Origin: Candidatus Bathyarchaeia archaeon
Lineage (GTDB): Archaea; Thermoproteota; Bathyarchaeia; Bathyarchaeales; Bathycorpusculaceae
DNA: 64,000 nt
Direction of reading: 5' to 3'
Assembly (NCBI GenBank): GCA_050012755.1
Contig: JBEKGO010000013.1
Location: 1 to 64,000, forward strand
Under the pieces are notes generated by a model, which worked only from the letters and a program-made list of their open reading frames with translations, was not told the origin of the DNA and made no database searches. Each line of letters starts with the position of its first letter. Position 1 is the first letter of the stretch. The position numbers and the translations under genes are program-made. Below are positions 1 to 9,833 of this stretch, one piece after another.

Positions 1-1
1 A

Positions 2-1237
2 GAACAGGTCAAACATTGTTACCAAAACAGCGGCTTTTACAAGAAAAGATTTGATAGTGCTGGACTAAAACCTGAAGACATACGTTCACTTGATGACTTA
101 AAGAAAATTCCTTTCACAGTAAAAACCGATTTACGTGATAATTACCCCTTCGGTATGGTCGCTGTTAAATCAGATGAAATCTGCGAGATTCACGCTTCCA
201 GCGGAACAACTGGAAATCCTATAGTCGGCGCCTACACAAAAAGCGATCTGGATGTTTGGCAAGAATTAATGGCAAGATCCATCTATACTTCAGGCGGACG
301 ACAACAAGACGTCATACATATCGCTTATGGCTATGGATTATTTACGGGCGGCATGGGCTTCCATTATGGCGCTCAAAAAGTTGGAGCCAAAATTATTCCT
401 GCAAGCGGTGGAATGACCCAGCGCCAAATAAAACTTATGAAAGATTTAGAAGCAACAATTTTAGCATGTACACCAAGTTTTGCAGTTTACCTTGCCGAAA
501 CCATGGCTCAAGAAGGAATAGATCCAAGAAAAGATCTTAAACTTAGAATTGGAATGTTTGGGGCTGAACCATGGTCAGATAAGATTAGGGAAAGAATTGA
601 AAATGACCTTGGAATCAAAGCCTTTGATGTTTATGGGTTAACTGAACTTTGTGGTCCAGGCGTCTCCATCGAGTGCCCTGTGCATAAAGGATTACATATT
701 GCAGAGGACCATTTTATCGTTGAAACCATAAACCCTGACACAGGCGAAGTTTTGCCTTTTGGAGAAGAAGGCGAACTTGTCTTCACAACACTTACCAAAA
801 CAGGCTTACCCATGCTAAGGTATAGGAGTAGGGACATCTCCAAAATAGAAACAGAAAAATGCACATGCGGACGCACACACGCCAGAATGATGCGCGTGCA
901 TGGACGATCAGACGACATGCTGATTATTCGAGGAGTAAACGTTTTCCCCTCCCAAATAGAGTACGCAGTAATGTGTTTCTCAGAATTAGCCACGCAGTAC
1001 CTAATAGTTGTTGACAGACCTGGAGCCTTGGACACTTTTGTTGTTAAAGTTGAATTGTCCGATAAAGCCTCAAAAGATGCCCAGCTAGATAAGAACGCCC
1101 TCAAAAATGAAATTCAAAAAAGAATCCATATTGTAACGGGCATATCTGCTGATGTAGAAATCGTCAAGCCAGGCGAGCTTCCAAGAACAGAAGGAAAAGC
1201 GAAAAGAGTTTTGGATTTGCGCAAAGGCAAAATGTAA
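2..1237 (+). CDS. paaK: Phenylacetate-CoA ligase (5' end outside window)
   Basis: Frame is open from nt 2 (EQVKHCYQNS...KIPFTVKTDLRDNYPFG); motifs HASSGTTG, YGYGLFTGG, GAEPWS, YGLTE, GRSDDMLIIRGVNVFPSQIE, GKAKRV. Confidence 0.95.
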   Translation, partial: EQVKHCYQNSGFYKKRFDSAGLKPEDIRSLDDLKKIPFTVKTDLRDNYPFGMVAVKSDEICEIHASSGTTGNPIVGAYTKSDLDVWQELMARSIYTSGGRQQDVIHIAYGYGLFTGGMGFHYGAQKVGAKIIPASGGMTQRQIKLMKDLEATILACTPSFAVYLAETMAQEGIDPRKDLKLRIGMFGAEPWSDKIRERIENDLGIKAFDVYGLTELCGPGVSIECPVHKGLHIAEDHFIVETINPDTGEVLPFGEEGELVFTTLTKTGLPMLRYRSRDISKIETEKCTCGRTHARMMRVHGRSDDMLIIRGVNVFPSQIEYAVMCFSELATQYLIVVDRPGALDTFVVKVELSDKASKDAQLDKNALKNEIQKRIHIVTGISADVEIVKPGELPRTEGKAKRVLDLRKGKM

Positions 1238-1248
1238 AGGACACAAAT

Positions 1249-3441
1249 ATGACTTTCAAGATTGCTGTAGATAAGCCGGGCAGTTTTGCCTTGCTAAACG
1301 GCGATGAGGCTGTTGCAAGAGGGGCATTGGAAGCCACTGTAAAAGTTGCAGCATCTTACCCTGGGACACCAGCTACAGAAATTTTGGAAACCATTGCTGA
1401 ATTTGCAAAAGAATTCGACATTTACGCGGAATGGAGCACCAATGAGATTGTGGCGGCGGAAGTTGCTGCAGGCGCTTCTATGGCGGGTGTTCGTTCTATT
1501 GTTTCCATGAAACACGTTGGCCTAAATGTTGCTGCTGATGCCGCCATGACGTTGGCTTATACTGGGGTTGACGGTGGAATGGTGATTGCGGTCTGCGACG
1601 ACCCAGCGTTGCATAGTAGCCAAAACGAGCAGGACACAAGATATTTTGCCCTGCACTCCAAGTTGCCGTTGCTGGACGCTGGCAGCCCACAGGAAGCCCT
1701 GGACATGACGAAAGAAGCCTTTGAGATAAGCGAAAAACTGCGCTTGCCAGTCATATTGCGCTTAACAACAAGAGTAGCTCACAGCAAGGCCAGAGTGAAA
1801 CTTGGCCGAATGCAAAACCTAAAAAGAAAACCAAATTTTGACAAGCAAAGTTCAAAATGGGTTATGGTGCCTTCAAACGCTATTCGGCAACACAGAGTTT
1901 TAGAGGTCAAGATGGCTGAGGCAAAAACACTCGTTAACCATTCAAGATTCAACTTTATTGAAGACAATTCAAGTGAAATTGGAATAATAGGAAGCGGAGT
2001 AGGTTATTACTATGCGCGGTCAGTGCTTGACCCAAAAAAGTTTTCGTGGCTAAAGTTAGGGTTTGTTTACCCTTTTCCCACTGAAATGGTTAGAAGATTT
2101 GCGCTTAAAGTTAAAAAAATGATAGTAATTGAGGAGCTAAGGCCATATCTTGAGGAAAATATCCAGCGGTTAGGTTTGCATGTACTAGGCAAGAACCAGC
2201 TTGGCTTGGAGGAAATTGGTGAGCTTACGCCCGATAGTGTACGCCAAGCCTTCGCAAATCTTAAGTTGACCTCTAAGGGGGAAATGCCTGCGCTTTTGGA
2301 CTTGCCTCCGAGGCCGCCGGCGCTTTGCCCAGGATGCCCTCATAGAGCCTTCTACTACGCGCTTAACATGGTTAACCAGCATGTTCAATGCGACAGCGAG
2401 AAATGTGTTGGCTGCGACATATGCGAGTATGTTTGCTCTTTTGAAAAAGAAAAAGTATTCAATCCATTAAAATCTAGAATCCGTTCAGTTAGAATCGGTC
2501 AAACATTCAACACGGCAGTAACATGTAAAGCATGCAAAGAAGCACCATGCATCGTCGCTTGCAAAGAAAAAGCCATAATGCGGCATGAGAAAACAGGCGC
2601 CATTTTGGTTGATGAGCAAAAATGCAACGGCTGTGGCTGGTGCATAGAAAGCTGTCAATACGGCGCAATCACGCTTCATCCGAAAACACATAAAGTTATG
2701 ATTTGCGATACATGCAATGGAGACCCAAAATGTATTCCGCTTTGCCCTGAAAGCGCATTGAGTATGACTGGAAAATCAGATGATAAAATCGTCACGGGCG
2801 ACATTGGATGTTATACCCTTGGTGTTTTGCCGCCTGTAACCACCGTTCAAACGTGCTTATGCATGGGGGCTGGAATTTCGCAAGCTGCAGGAATGGTTCA
2901 TGCCGGTGTAAAAGAGAAGGTTTTCGCTGTTATTGGTGACTCAACTTTTTTCCATGCAGGAATGCCTGGACTGCTAAATATTGTATACAATAAAGCTAAC
3001 GTATGCGTAATCATCATGGACAACAGCACCGTTGCAATGACGGGACATCAGCCGACGCCAAGCAGTGGAAAAACAGCCATGGGCACTGATGCTAAAATAA
3101 TTAGGGTGCAAGATGTTGCAAAAGGACTTGGAATAGAAAAGGTGGACATTGTTGACCCCTACGACATTTCAGCCACATTAGAAGCAATAAGACAAAATAT
3201 GGATTACAAAGGTCCATCAGTTATAATCTCGCAGAAGGCATGCCCGCTTTTAGTTGAAAGAGGCAAGCCACGAGAAGTTTTAGAAAAATGTAATTCTTGC
3301 GGAGTTTGCGTGAAAGCCTTCGGTTGCCCAGCCATCTCATTAACAAGCGAACGAGCCGAAATCGACACAACTCTTTGCTATGGATGCGGAGTCTGCGAAA
3401 AAGTCTGCCCGTTTGAAGCAATAAGGAGAAAAGAAAAGTGA
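1249..3441 (+). CDS. iorA: Indolepyruvate:ferredoxin oxidoreductase alpha subunit with an internal polyferredoxin insertion
   Basis: GDEAVARGA, YPGTP, EWSTNE, MKHVGLNVAAD, SSQNEQD, CPGCPHR, GDIGCYTLG, GDSTFFH, AMTGHQP and C-terminal 2x[4Fe-4S] motifs. Confidence 0.95.
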   Translation: MTFKIAVDKPGSFALLNGDEAVARGALEATVKVAASYPGTPATEILETIAEFAKEFDIYAEWSTNEIVAAEVAAGASMAGVRSIVSMKHVGLNVAADAAMTLAYTGVDGGMVIAVCDDPALHSSQNEQDTRYFALHSKLPLLDAGSPQEALDMTKEAFEISEKLRLPVILRLTTRVAHSKARVKLGRMQNLKRKPNFDKQSSKWVMVPSNAIRQHRVLEVKMAEAKTLVNHSRFNFIEDNSSEIGIIGSGVGYYYARSVLDPKKFSWLKLGFVYPFPTEMVRRFALKVKKMIVIEELRPYLEENIQRLGLHVLGKNQLGLEEIGELTPDSVRQAFANLKLTSKGEMPALLDLPPRPPALCPGCPHRAFYYALNMVNQHVQCDSEKCVGCDICEYVCSFEKEKVFNPLKSRIRSVRIGQTFNTAVTCKACKEAPCIVACKEKAIMRHEKTGAILVDEQKCNGCGWCIESCQYGAITLHPKTHKVMICDTCNGDPKCIPLCPESALSMTGKSDDKIVTGDIGCYTLGVLPPVTTVQTCLCMGAGISQAAGMVHAGVKEKVFAVIGDSTFFHAGMPGLLNIVYNKANVCVIIMDNSTVAMTGHQPTPSSGKTAMGTDAKIIRVQDVAKGLGIEKVDIVDPYDISATLEAIRQNMDYKGPSVIISQKACPLLVERGKPREVLEKCNSCGVCVKAFGCPAISLTSERAEIDTTLCYGCGVCEKVCPFEAIRRKEK

Positions 3442-4019
3442 AGCTTGACATAGTCTTCTGCGGCGTCGGCGGACAAGGAGTTGTAGTTTTAAGTGATATT
3501 TACTGCGAAGCTGCCATGCTGGATGGTTTTGATGTGGCGAAGGCTGAGATTCATGGGATGGCGCAGCGTGGAGGATCTATTGTTGCGTATGCTAGAATCG
3601 GCGATAAAGTTGAGGCTCCGCTGATTGAAAATGGAAAAGCTGATGTGCTGGTGGGATTTGAAATTCTTGAAACTGCAAGAGCGCTTCCAATGCTAAAGAA
3701 AGAGGGCAAAGTAGTTGTTAATATGAAGTATATTCAGCCAGGCTGCAGTGTTTCGGGAGTTAAACCTAAAAAAACCGGTGAATTAATGCAGATTTTGCGT
3801 TCAAAAGCTATCGTTCATGAAGTGGACGGCATAGGAATAGCTGAAAAACTGGGAAATCTCTTGGTCGTGAACACTGTTCTTCTGGGAGCTTTGTCGGCTC
3901 TTCCAGAAATTCCAGTAAAACAAGAAGCTTTCCAGCAAGCTATCGCTGGCAGGATAAAAGAAAAATATGTAAATCTAAACCTCAAGGCATTCGAGTTAGG
4001 CAGAAAAAGCGTTTTATGA
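3438..4019 (+). CDS. iorB: Indolepyruvate:ferredoxin oxidoreductase beta subunit
   Basis: GVGGQG, EIHGMAQRGGS, NTVLLGA, NLKAFELG; overlaps the iorA stop. Confidence 0.95.
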   Translation: MKLDIVFCGVGGQGVVVLSDIYCEAAMLDGFDVAKAEIHGMAQRGGSIVAYARIGDKVEAPLIENGKADVLVGFEILETARALPMLKKEGKVVVNMKYIQPGCSVSGVKPKKTGELMQILRSKAIVHEVDGIGIAEKLGNLLVVNTVLLGALSALPEIPVKQEAFQQAIAGRIKEKYVNLNLKAFELGRKSVL

Positions 4020-4077
4020 GTTAATTTTATTAGCTGTTTGCTTTGATATAGAAAAGAAAAAAGCGAGAGATGTATAT

Positions 4078-5460
4078 TTGCAAAAGAAAATACTAGCAAT
4101 AATAGTAATTTTGATCGTTATTGTAGCAGCAGTTGCAGCAATAGAATTAATGCCACAAGCACCTTCACCAGAAGCGAGAAACATACAGATAGGCTTAGTT
4201 GCTCCAGTATCAGGATCACCTGTCGGAGTAGACATGCAACGCGCAGCAGAATTGGCCGTTAACCAAATCAACAGTAACGGCGGCGTTTACGTTTCTAGTT
4301 GGCATGCTCATGTTAACATAACTGTGGTAACCGCAGATACAAAAGGTGACGCTCCAGCCGATGCCAAGACAGCCGTAACCCAATTAGAAAATACAAACCC
4401 AGTTGACATGTTCATTGGCGGATACGGAAGCGCAGGAACCCTTGCTGACGAAGTAGTCGCTATACAAAACCGCATCCCATTCATAATAACCGGTGCATCA
4501 AATGATCTTGTCACAAGAAGAGGACCACAGGGCAACTATGGCGGTTTCGGAACAACAGGCACATACAGCACAAATGACTCAGTAGGAATGAGTTACGTTT
4601 TCCACTATTGCACCACAACTTACGACTATACAAAGACAGTAGTTGATTTCTTTGCTCAAGTAATGAAGCCAATAGTAGCAGCAGACCGAAATTTCAGCCT
4701 TGCTATACTTTACCGAAATGACGCCTTTGGACAAGGCGTTGACCAGGCAACCAAATACTGGATACAGAACGAAAGCTTACCTATTACTGTCGTTTCCGAT
4801 AGAGGCTATACCGCTGGCGAAACTGATTTCACAACTGACCTCAAAGTTGTTCAACAATCGAATCCAGATGCAGTCTTTGTCGCTGAAAACCCGAACTTGA
4901 CACCACTAGTAATTCAGCAGGGATGGAGCACCGTTGGATTGAAAACTGTTTACGTTGCAGTTGAGAACAATCAAGATCCCCAGTTTTACAGTCTGCTACA
5001 AGGCATGGGTAATGGTATAGGCGACGGTCAACTGATGGAATCAAAGATGGATCCTTTCATGGTGCCCTCATACAGTACAGCGGTCGGAACTTACTCAGCG
5101 AAATTCAACCAGACCTACGGCGTAGCACCCGGAATGATGGGCGCTGACACCTATGACGCTTTCTTCATCGCCAAAGCAGCAATCGAAAGTGCGGGAACAG
5201 TCGACAAAGCAGCCGTACGCCAAGCTATAGAAAACACGAACATGCAAGATAGCCTTGTACTAACGCAAAGTGGCAAAATACAGTTCAGCACACTCGTTAA
5301 CTATCATGAGATACAGCCGATAACCTTCATGGAGCAACTTAACTTAAACTCAGCCAACAAGCTACAAACCCAAATAATCTGGCCAACAAGCGCTGCTGGC
5401 ATTAGCCACTTTAACCAAACGGCATTCACTCTGCCAAAAGGATATGTTGCTGGAAAATAA
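4078..5460 (+). CDS. Branched-chain amino acid (LivK-family) ABC substrate-binding protein
   Basis: N-terminal TM anchor, IQIGLVAPVSG, AELAVNQINSNGG, YDAFFIAKAAIESAGTVD; lies upstream of LivH/LivM permeases. Confidence 0.85.
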   Translation: MQKKILAIIVILIVIVAAVAAIELMPQAPSPEARNIQIGLVAPVSGSPVGVDMQRAAELAVNQINSNGGVYVSSWHAHVNITVVTADTKGDAPADAKTAVTQLENTNPVDMFIGGYGSAGTLADEVVAIQNRIPFIITGASNDLVTRRGPQGNYGGFGTTGTYSTNDSVGMSYVFHYCTTTYDYTKTVVDFFAQVMKPIVAADRNFSLAILYRNDAFGQGVDQATKYWIQNESLPITVVSDRGYTAGETDFTTDLKVVQQSNPDAVFVAENPNLTPLVIQQGWSTVGLKTVYVAVENNQDPQFYSLLQGMGNGIGDGQLMESKMDPFMVPSYSTAVGTYSAKFNQTYGVAPGMMGADTYDAFFIAKAAIESAGTVDKAAVRQAIENTNMQDSLVLTQSGKIQFSTLVNYHEIQPITFMEQLNLNSANKLQTQIIWPTSAAGISHFNQTAFTLPKGYVAGK

Positions 5461-5467
5461 AAATTCA

Positions 5468-5490
5468 TATTTTCTTTTCTCTTTTTTTAA
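5468..5490 (+). terminator. Oligo-T archaeal terminator candidate after the LivK-family gene
   Basis: TTTTCTTTTCTCTTTTTTT tract just downstream of the stop codon. Confidence 0.45.
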
Positions 5491-5562
5491 GAATCCAATA
5501 CTGATATGTTTTAAATACTTAAGAGAGAAATAGATGTGCCAATCGTCAATTAATTAAGGAAA

Positions 5563-6459
5563 ATGAGGAAAAAATTCAGCATGTTCATCACCGCATCGAC
5601 TATCATTTTTACTTTAATCTGGGGGGTGGCGATTGGATGCGTATACATGTTACTGGCAACTGGATTAAACGTTATTTTTGGCGTTATGAAGCTTGTGAAT
5701 TTCGCGCACGGGCAATTCCTGATGATCGGCGCTTTCGCAGCTTGGGCCATCTCGGTTGCAGCTGGATTAAACGCATACATTGCGATTTTTATCTCTATAG
5801 GCATCGTTGCAGCCATTGGCGTTGTTGTTCAACGGTTTACTTTTCGCAAGGTTCTGGGTACAGACAAGCTGAACGAAATATTTGTCAGCCTCGGGTTGAT
5901 TTACATCTTTGAAAACGTCGCGGTGCTTCTTTGGGGAAACGGGTCTCAACGGATTGTCAGTCCCCTAAACGGTTTAAGTTTGGATTTACAAAGCATTTCG
6001 ATAAGCTATGACCTCATCGTTGTCGTAGTTGCCGTTGTCGCTATTCTCATTGCTTTAGGCGTTTTAATGTACAGAACAAAAATTGGACTGGCAATGCGAG
6101 CCACGAGCCAGATTAATCAAGCAGCCATGCTAATGGGAATCAATGTTGACAGAATTTACCTAATTACGTTCACTTTGGGCGCTGCCCTGGCTGCTGCGGC
6201 TGGAGGGTTATATGGAGTCATCTACTCATTTAATTTTCAAAGCGGAGAGTTGCCAACAATCATTGCTTTTGCAGTTATCATTCTTGGAGGTTTAGGAAGC
6301 ATACGGGGAGCCATCGTTGGCGGCTTACTTTACGGCATCGCAGAGCAAATGGCAACTCTGTTCCTTGGAGGAATCTGGTCAAGCGCCGTTGCATTTGCCC
6401 TACTAATCGCTGTCCTTATTGTGAGACCTAGCGGACTATTCGGCGAAAAAGGAGAATGA
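5563..6459 (+). CDS. livH: Branched-chain amino acid ABC permease, LivH type
   Basis: GLNVIFGVMKLVNFAHG, RTKIGLAMRATS, LGGLGSIRGAIVGG, VRPSGLFG. Confidence 0.9.
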   Translation: MRKKFSMFITASTIIFTLIWGVAIGCVYMLLATGLNVIFGVMKLVNFAHGQFLMIGAFAAWAISVAAGLNAYIAIFISIGIVAAIGVVVQRFTFRKVLGTDKLNEIFVSLGLIYIFENVAVLLWGNGSQRIVSPLNGLSLDLQSISISYDLIVVVVAVVAILIALGVLMYRTKIGLAMRATSQINQAAMLMGINVDRIYLITFTLGAALAAAAGGLYGVIYSFNFQSGELPTIIAFAVIILGGLGSIRGAIVGGLLYGIAEQMATLFLGGIWSSAVAFALLIAVLIVRPSGLFGEKGE

Positions 6460-6460
6460 C

Positions 6461-7552
6461 ATGCTAAATCAACAGAAACTGAGCACTCTCGTCAAATCGA
6501 AGAGTTTCCAACTTTTCCTAATCGCGACTGCAATTTTGGTCTTAATTCCAATTTTCATACGAAATAGCTTCTTTTTGTTCGTTTTTACTCTCATATTTAT
6601 TTTTGGGATTTACGCGGCAAGCTGGAATTTTTTAGCAAATTCAGGGCAAGGGTCCCTTGGTCACGCTGTGTTTCTAGGAATTGGCGGTTTTGCCTCAGCC
6701 ATAATTGGCACCAAAATATCGACTGCCATAATTTCAGCTTCAGGAGCTTACACGATGCCAATAGGCTTCTTGTCGGTGCTAATTCAGGTTCTTGTGATTC
6801 TTGTAGGCGGCTTGCTTTCAGCAGGAATTGGCTTGCTGATTGGATTGGCGTGTGTACGGTTGAAGGCTTGGTATCTGGCAATGGTTACTTTTGGTTTCTC
6901 AGTCATTGCGGAAACGCTCTCAAGCCAGTTTGATTCCTTCACACATGGGATAAATGGCTTTCCGCCTGCAACCTTTGTGCCAAGCGGGTATCCGTTTTAT
7001 CTTTTGGTGATTCTTTTCGCTGTCGCATCAATTTCAATGATGTATCTATTAATGAAATCGAGAATGGGCTTGGCTTTCAGAGCTATTCACGGCAACGAAG
7101 CTGAAGCAAAAATGATTGGGATTAACACGGCGAAGTATAAGCTCATCGCCTTTGTCATCAGCACGTTCTTTGCTGGCATAGCCGGTGGATTGTATGTTTA
7201 TTTCTACGGGTTTGTTGATAACTCCATTTTTTCGGCAACTAACTCATTTACACCGCTCATAATGACAGTAATTGGCGGATTAGGCACGGTAGCCGGGCCT
7301 ATAGTAGGCTCGATTTTCTTCACCTCAATCGGCCAAATTCTATCAACCCAAAACGTGGCACAAAGCCTCAACAATACGCTTGGACCACTCTTTCCTAAAG
7401 CTGGCTATGTTGGACCACCTTTGACTTACCTATTCATAGGGGTAATCCTGCTGTTAATCGTGATTTTCTTCCCCAAAGGCTTAACACCGTTGTTCCAAAA
7501 GTTTTACAAATACATAATGACCGAAGAAAAAACAGAGAAGAAGAAAGCATGA
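6461..7552 (+). CDS. livM: Branched-chain amino acid ABC permease, LivM type
   Basis: SLGHAVFLGIGG, YLAMVTFGF, SRMGLAFRAI, IGGLGTVAGPIVG, FFPKGL. Confidence 0.9.
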   Translation: MLNQQKLSTLVKSKSFQLFLIATAILVLIPIFIRNSFFLFVFTLIFIFGIYAASWNFLANSGQGSLGHAVFLGIGGFASAIIGTKISTAIISASGAYTMPIGFLSVLIQVLVILVGGLLSAGIGLLIGLACVRLKAWYLAMVTFGFSVIAETLSSQFDSFTHGINGFPPATFVPSGYPFYLLVILFAVASISMMYLLMKSRMGLAFRAIHGNEAEAKMIGINTAKYKLIAFVISTFFAGIAGGLYVYFYGFVDNSIFSATNSFTPLIMTVIGGLGTVAGPIVGSIFFTSIGQILSTQNVAQSLNNTLGPLFPKAGYVGPPLTYLFIGVILLLIVIFFPKGLTPLFQKFYKYIMTEEKTEKKKA

Positions 7553-7911
7553 AAGGAACAGATTATTTTGCCGAAGAATTAGGAATTAAACTAGCCGAAG
7601 CCAAAGACGGCTACGCAAAAGTATCAATGAAAGTAGAAAAGAAACATACAAACGCATTGGGTTTCACTCACGGCGGCGCAATATTTTCCTTGGCGGATTA
7701 CGCTTTTGCACACGCATGCAATTTTGGCGACAACGTAGCGGTTGCAGTTCAGGTAAGCATAAACTATCTTAAACCCTCGGTTGAAGGCGACATGCTGACG
7801 GCTGAGGCAACCCGTGTTTCTGATGGAAAAACAATGGGTCTGTACAACGTGACCGTAAAGAATAAGGATAAAACTGTTGCTTTCTTTTCTGGTTTAGCCT
7901 TCAAAAAATAG
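7549..7911 (+). CDS. paaI: PaaI-family hotdog-fold acyl-CoA thioesterase
   Basis: HTNALGFTHGGAIFSLADYAFAHACN signature; same cluster as paaK. Confidence 0.9.
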   Translation: MKGTDYFAEELGIKLAEAKDGYAKVSMKVEKKHTNALGFTHGGAIFSLADYAFAHACNFGDNVAVAVQVSINYLKPSVEGDMLTAEATRVSDGKTMGLYNVTVKNKDKTVAFFSGLAFKK

Positions 7912-8025
7912 CCGTTTCTATTCGTAAATACTCTTTACTGTTCTTCAATTTAACCACAAGATGCCAAGAATATTCGGAAAACAACAAAGATGTTAAAAAG
8001 GCAATACAATGTATTATGATAACTT

Positions 8026-9252
8026 ATGGACACTAGCGTAATCTATTCTGGCGATAATGCGGAAGTTTTGCGAACACACATACTCGATAATTCAATTGAT
8101 TTAATTTATGCTGATCCACCATTCTTTTCAAATCAGCAATATGAGGTTATTTGGGGAGATGGTTATGAACTCAGGGCTTTTGAAGACCGATGGAAAGGCG
8201 GAATAGAAAACTATATCGCATGGATGGAGCCAAAACTAAGAGAGTGTCATAGAGTCTTAAAAAATACGGGTTCCATGTATCTTCATTGTGATTGGCATGC
8301 TAATGCACATTTACGAATCTTGATGGATAAGATTTTTGGGGAAAAAATGTTTAGAAATGCAATAGTTTGGCATTATAGTGGGTGGAACAAGAAAAACAAA
8401 TACAATTTTAACAGTAGGCACGACACAATTATGCTATATGCCAAAACTAATGAACAAAAGTTCTATTCATGGGCTAGGCCGTGGGCTAGCAAAGAAGAAT
8501 ATGTGAAAATAAGAAAACAGAAAATTAGAGTTGACCCAAAAACCAGAAAAGAGTATGTTTTGTCTGATGCTGGCGGTGGAAAAAGGGTTAAGCGTTTTCT
8601 TGAAGATGCTATGAAACAAGGGGCTTATGTTGATGATGTTTGGGATATTGACAAGTTGAATAATTCAGCAAAAGAAGCTTTAGGATATCCCACACAAAAG
8701 CCTGAAGCTCTTTTGGAACGTATTATACTTGCATCTTCTGATACTATGGATATTGTGCTAGATCCTTTTTGTGGTTGTGGCACTAGTATTGCTGTGGCTC
8801 ATAAGCAAGGAAGAAGGTGGATAGGAGTTGATGTTTCTCCAACAGCTTGTAAATTAATAGCTAAGAGAATGCGTAAGATAGGGGCAAAAAATATTCAGTT
8901 GATCGGTTTACCTAGAACAATCGAAGAATTGAAAAAAGTTGCACCTTTTGAGTTTCAAAATTGGGTTTTTGAGAAATTACATGGTCGGGTTAATCCTAAG
9001 AAGGTTGGAGACATGGGTATTGATGGTTGGGTTGAACTTGATGTGCCCACACAAGTTAAACAATCAGAGGGAATAGGTAGAAACGTTGTAGATAATTTTG
9101 AAACAGCGATAAGAAGAATGAAGAAAAACAATGGCGTTATTGTTGCTTTTAGTTTTGGGAGTGGTGCTTATGAAGAAGTGGCAAGATGCAAAAACCAAGA
9201 ATTTATGGAAATCAAACTGAAAACGGTCGAAGAAATCCTTAAGGAGCCATAA
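8026..9252 (+). CDS. N4/N6 DNA methyltransferase (beta order) fused to a C-terminal Mrr-like endonuclease domain
   Basis: IDLIYADPPF, GYPTQKPEALLERII, VLDPFCGCGT; C-terminal FEFQNWV...DMGIDG...QVKQS...NFETAI...VAFSFGSGA. Confidence 0.88.
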   Translation: MDTSVIYSGDNAEVLRTHILDNSIDLIYADPPFFSNQQYEVIWGDGYELRAFEDRWKGGIENYIAWMEPKLRECHRVLKNTGSMYLHCDWHANAHLRILMDKIFGEKMFRNAIVWHYSGWNKKNKYNFNSRHDTIMLYAKTNEQKFYSWARPWASKEEYVKIRKQKIRVDPKTRKEYVLSDAGGGKRVKRFLEDAMKQGAYVDDVWDIDKLNNSAKEALGYPTQKPEALLERIILASSDTMDIVLDPFCGCGTSIAVAHKQGRRWIGVDVSPTACKLIAKRMRKIGAKNIQLIGLPRTIEELKKVAPFEFQNWVFEKLHGRVNPKKVGDMGIDGWVELDVPTQVKQSEGIGRNVVDNFETAIRRMKKNNGVIVAFSFGSGAYEEVARCKNQEFMEIKLKTVEEILKEP

Positions 9253-9254
9253 TC

Positions 9255-9470
9255 TTGAGCCAAAAGAACAAAAGTGTTTTGGTAGCTTGCCCTTTTTGAA
9301 ATCAATGGAATTCAATGCCTGAAGGTGCTGGTGTAAATGTTATTTGTTCTTATTGTGGGAAAAACTGGCTAACTGAAGGCATAGAGGTTTCTAGCAAAGA
9401 AGCAGTCAAATTTTATGATGAACTAAACAAACAAGATTACGAATCCAAAAAAACGAAGACTAAGAAATAA
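9255..9470 (+). pseudogene. Small Zn-ribbon ORF with an in-frame TGA at a CxxC cysteine position
   Basis: AAGGAG then TTG start; MSQKNKSVLVACPF*NQWN...ICSYCGKNW...KK; TGA at 9297-9299. Confidence 0.55.
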
Positions 9471-9583
9471 GCCAGAACAAAAGACTTAACAGTATCCAAT
9501 TAACCAAGCGCTAATAAGAATACATAGAAAAAAGGAATCTGCCAACAATATTTTTATGTGGGCTTCAACCCTAGATTCAAGAT

Positions 9584-9659
9584 GCTGGGGTGGCCGAATG
9601 GTTCAGGCGACAGCCTGCAGAGCTGTTATATATGGGTTCAATTCCCATCCCCAGCTCCA
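9584..9659 (+). tRNA. tRNA-Cys(GCA), intronless, with encoded CCA
   Basis: Acceptor GCTGGGG/CCCCAGC, discriminator T, then CCA; anticodon arm ACAGC-CTGCAGA-GCTGT; T arm ATGGG-TTCAATT-CCCAT. Confidence 0.95.
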
Positions 9660-9833
9660 TTGGCTTTTCTTTCCCTAAAGAAACGCCAGTTAAATAAAGG
9701 GTTTGTTTGTTGCGGTTTTCTAATGCGTCTATGCTTACTTTTAAGACGTTTTCGCAGACTTTTGAGACGTTTAAGCCTAAATCATGAACTTTTTTCAGTA
9801 TATTTATCAACATCAAAAGAATAAAATTCAAAC

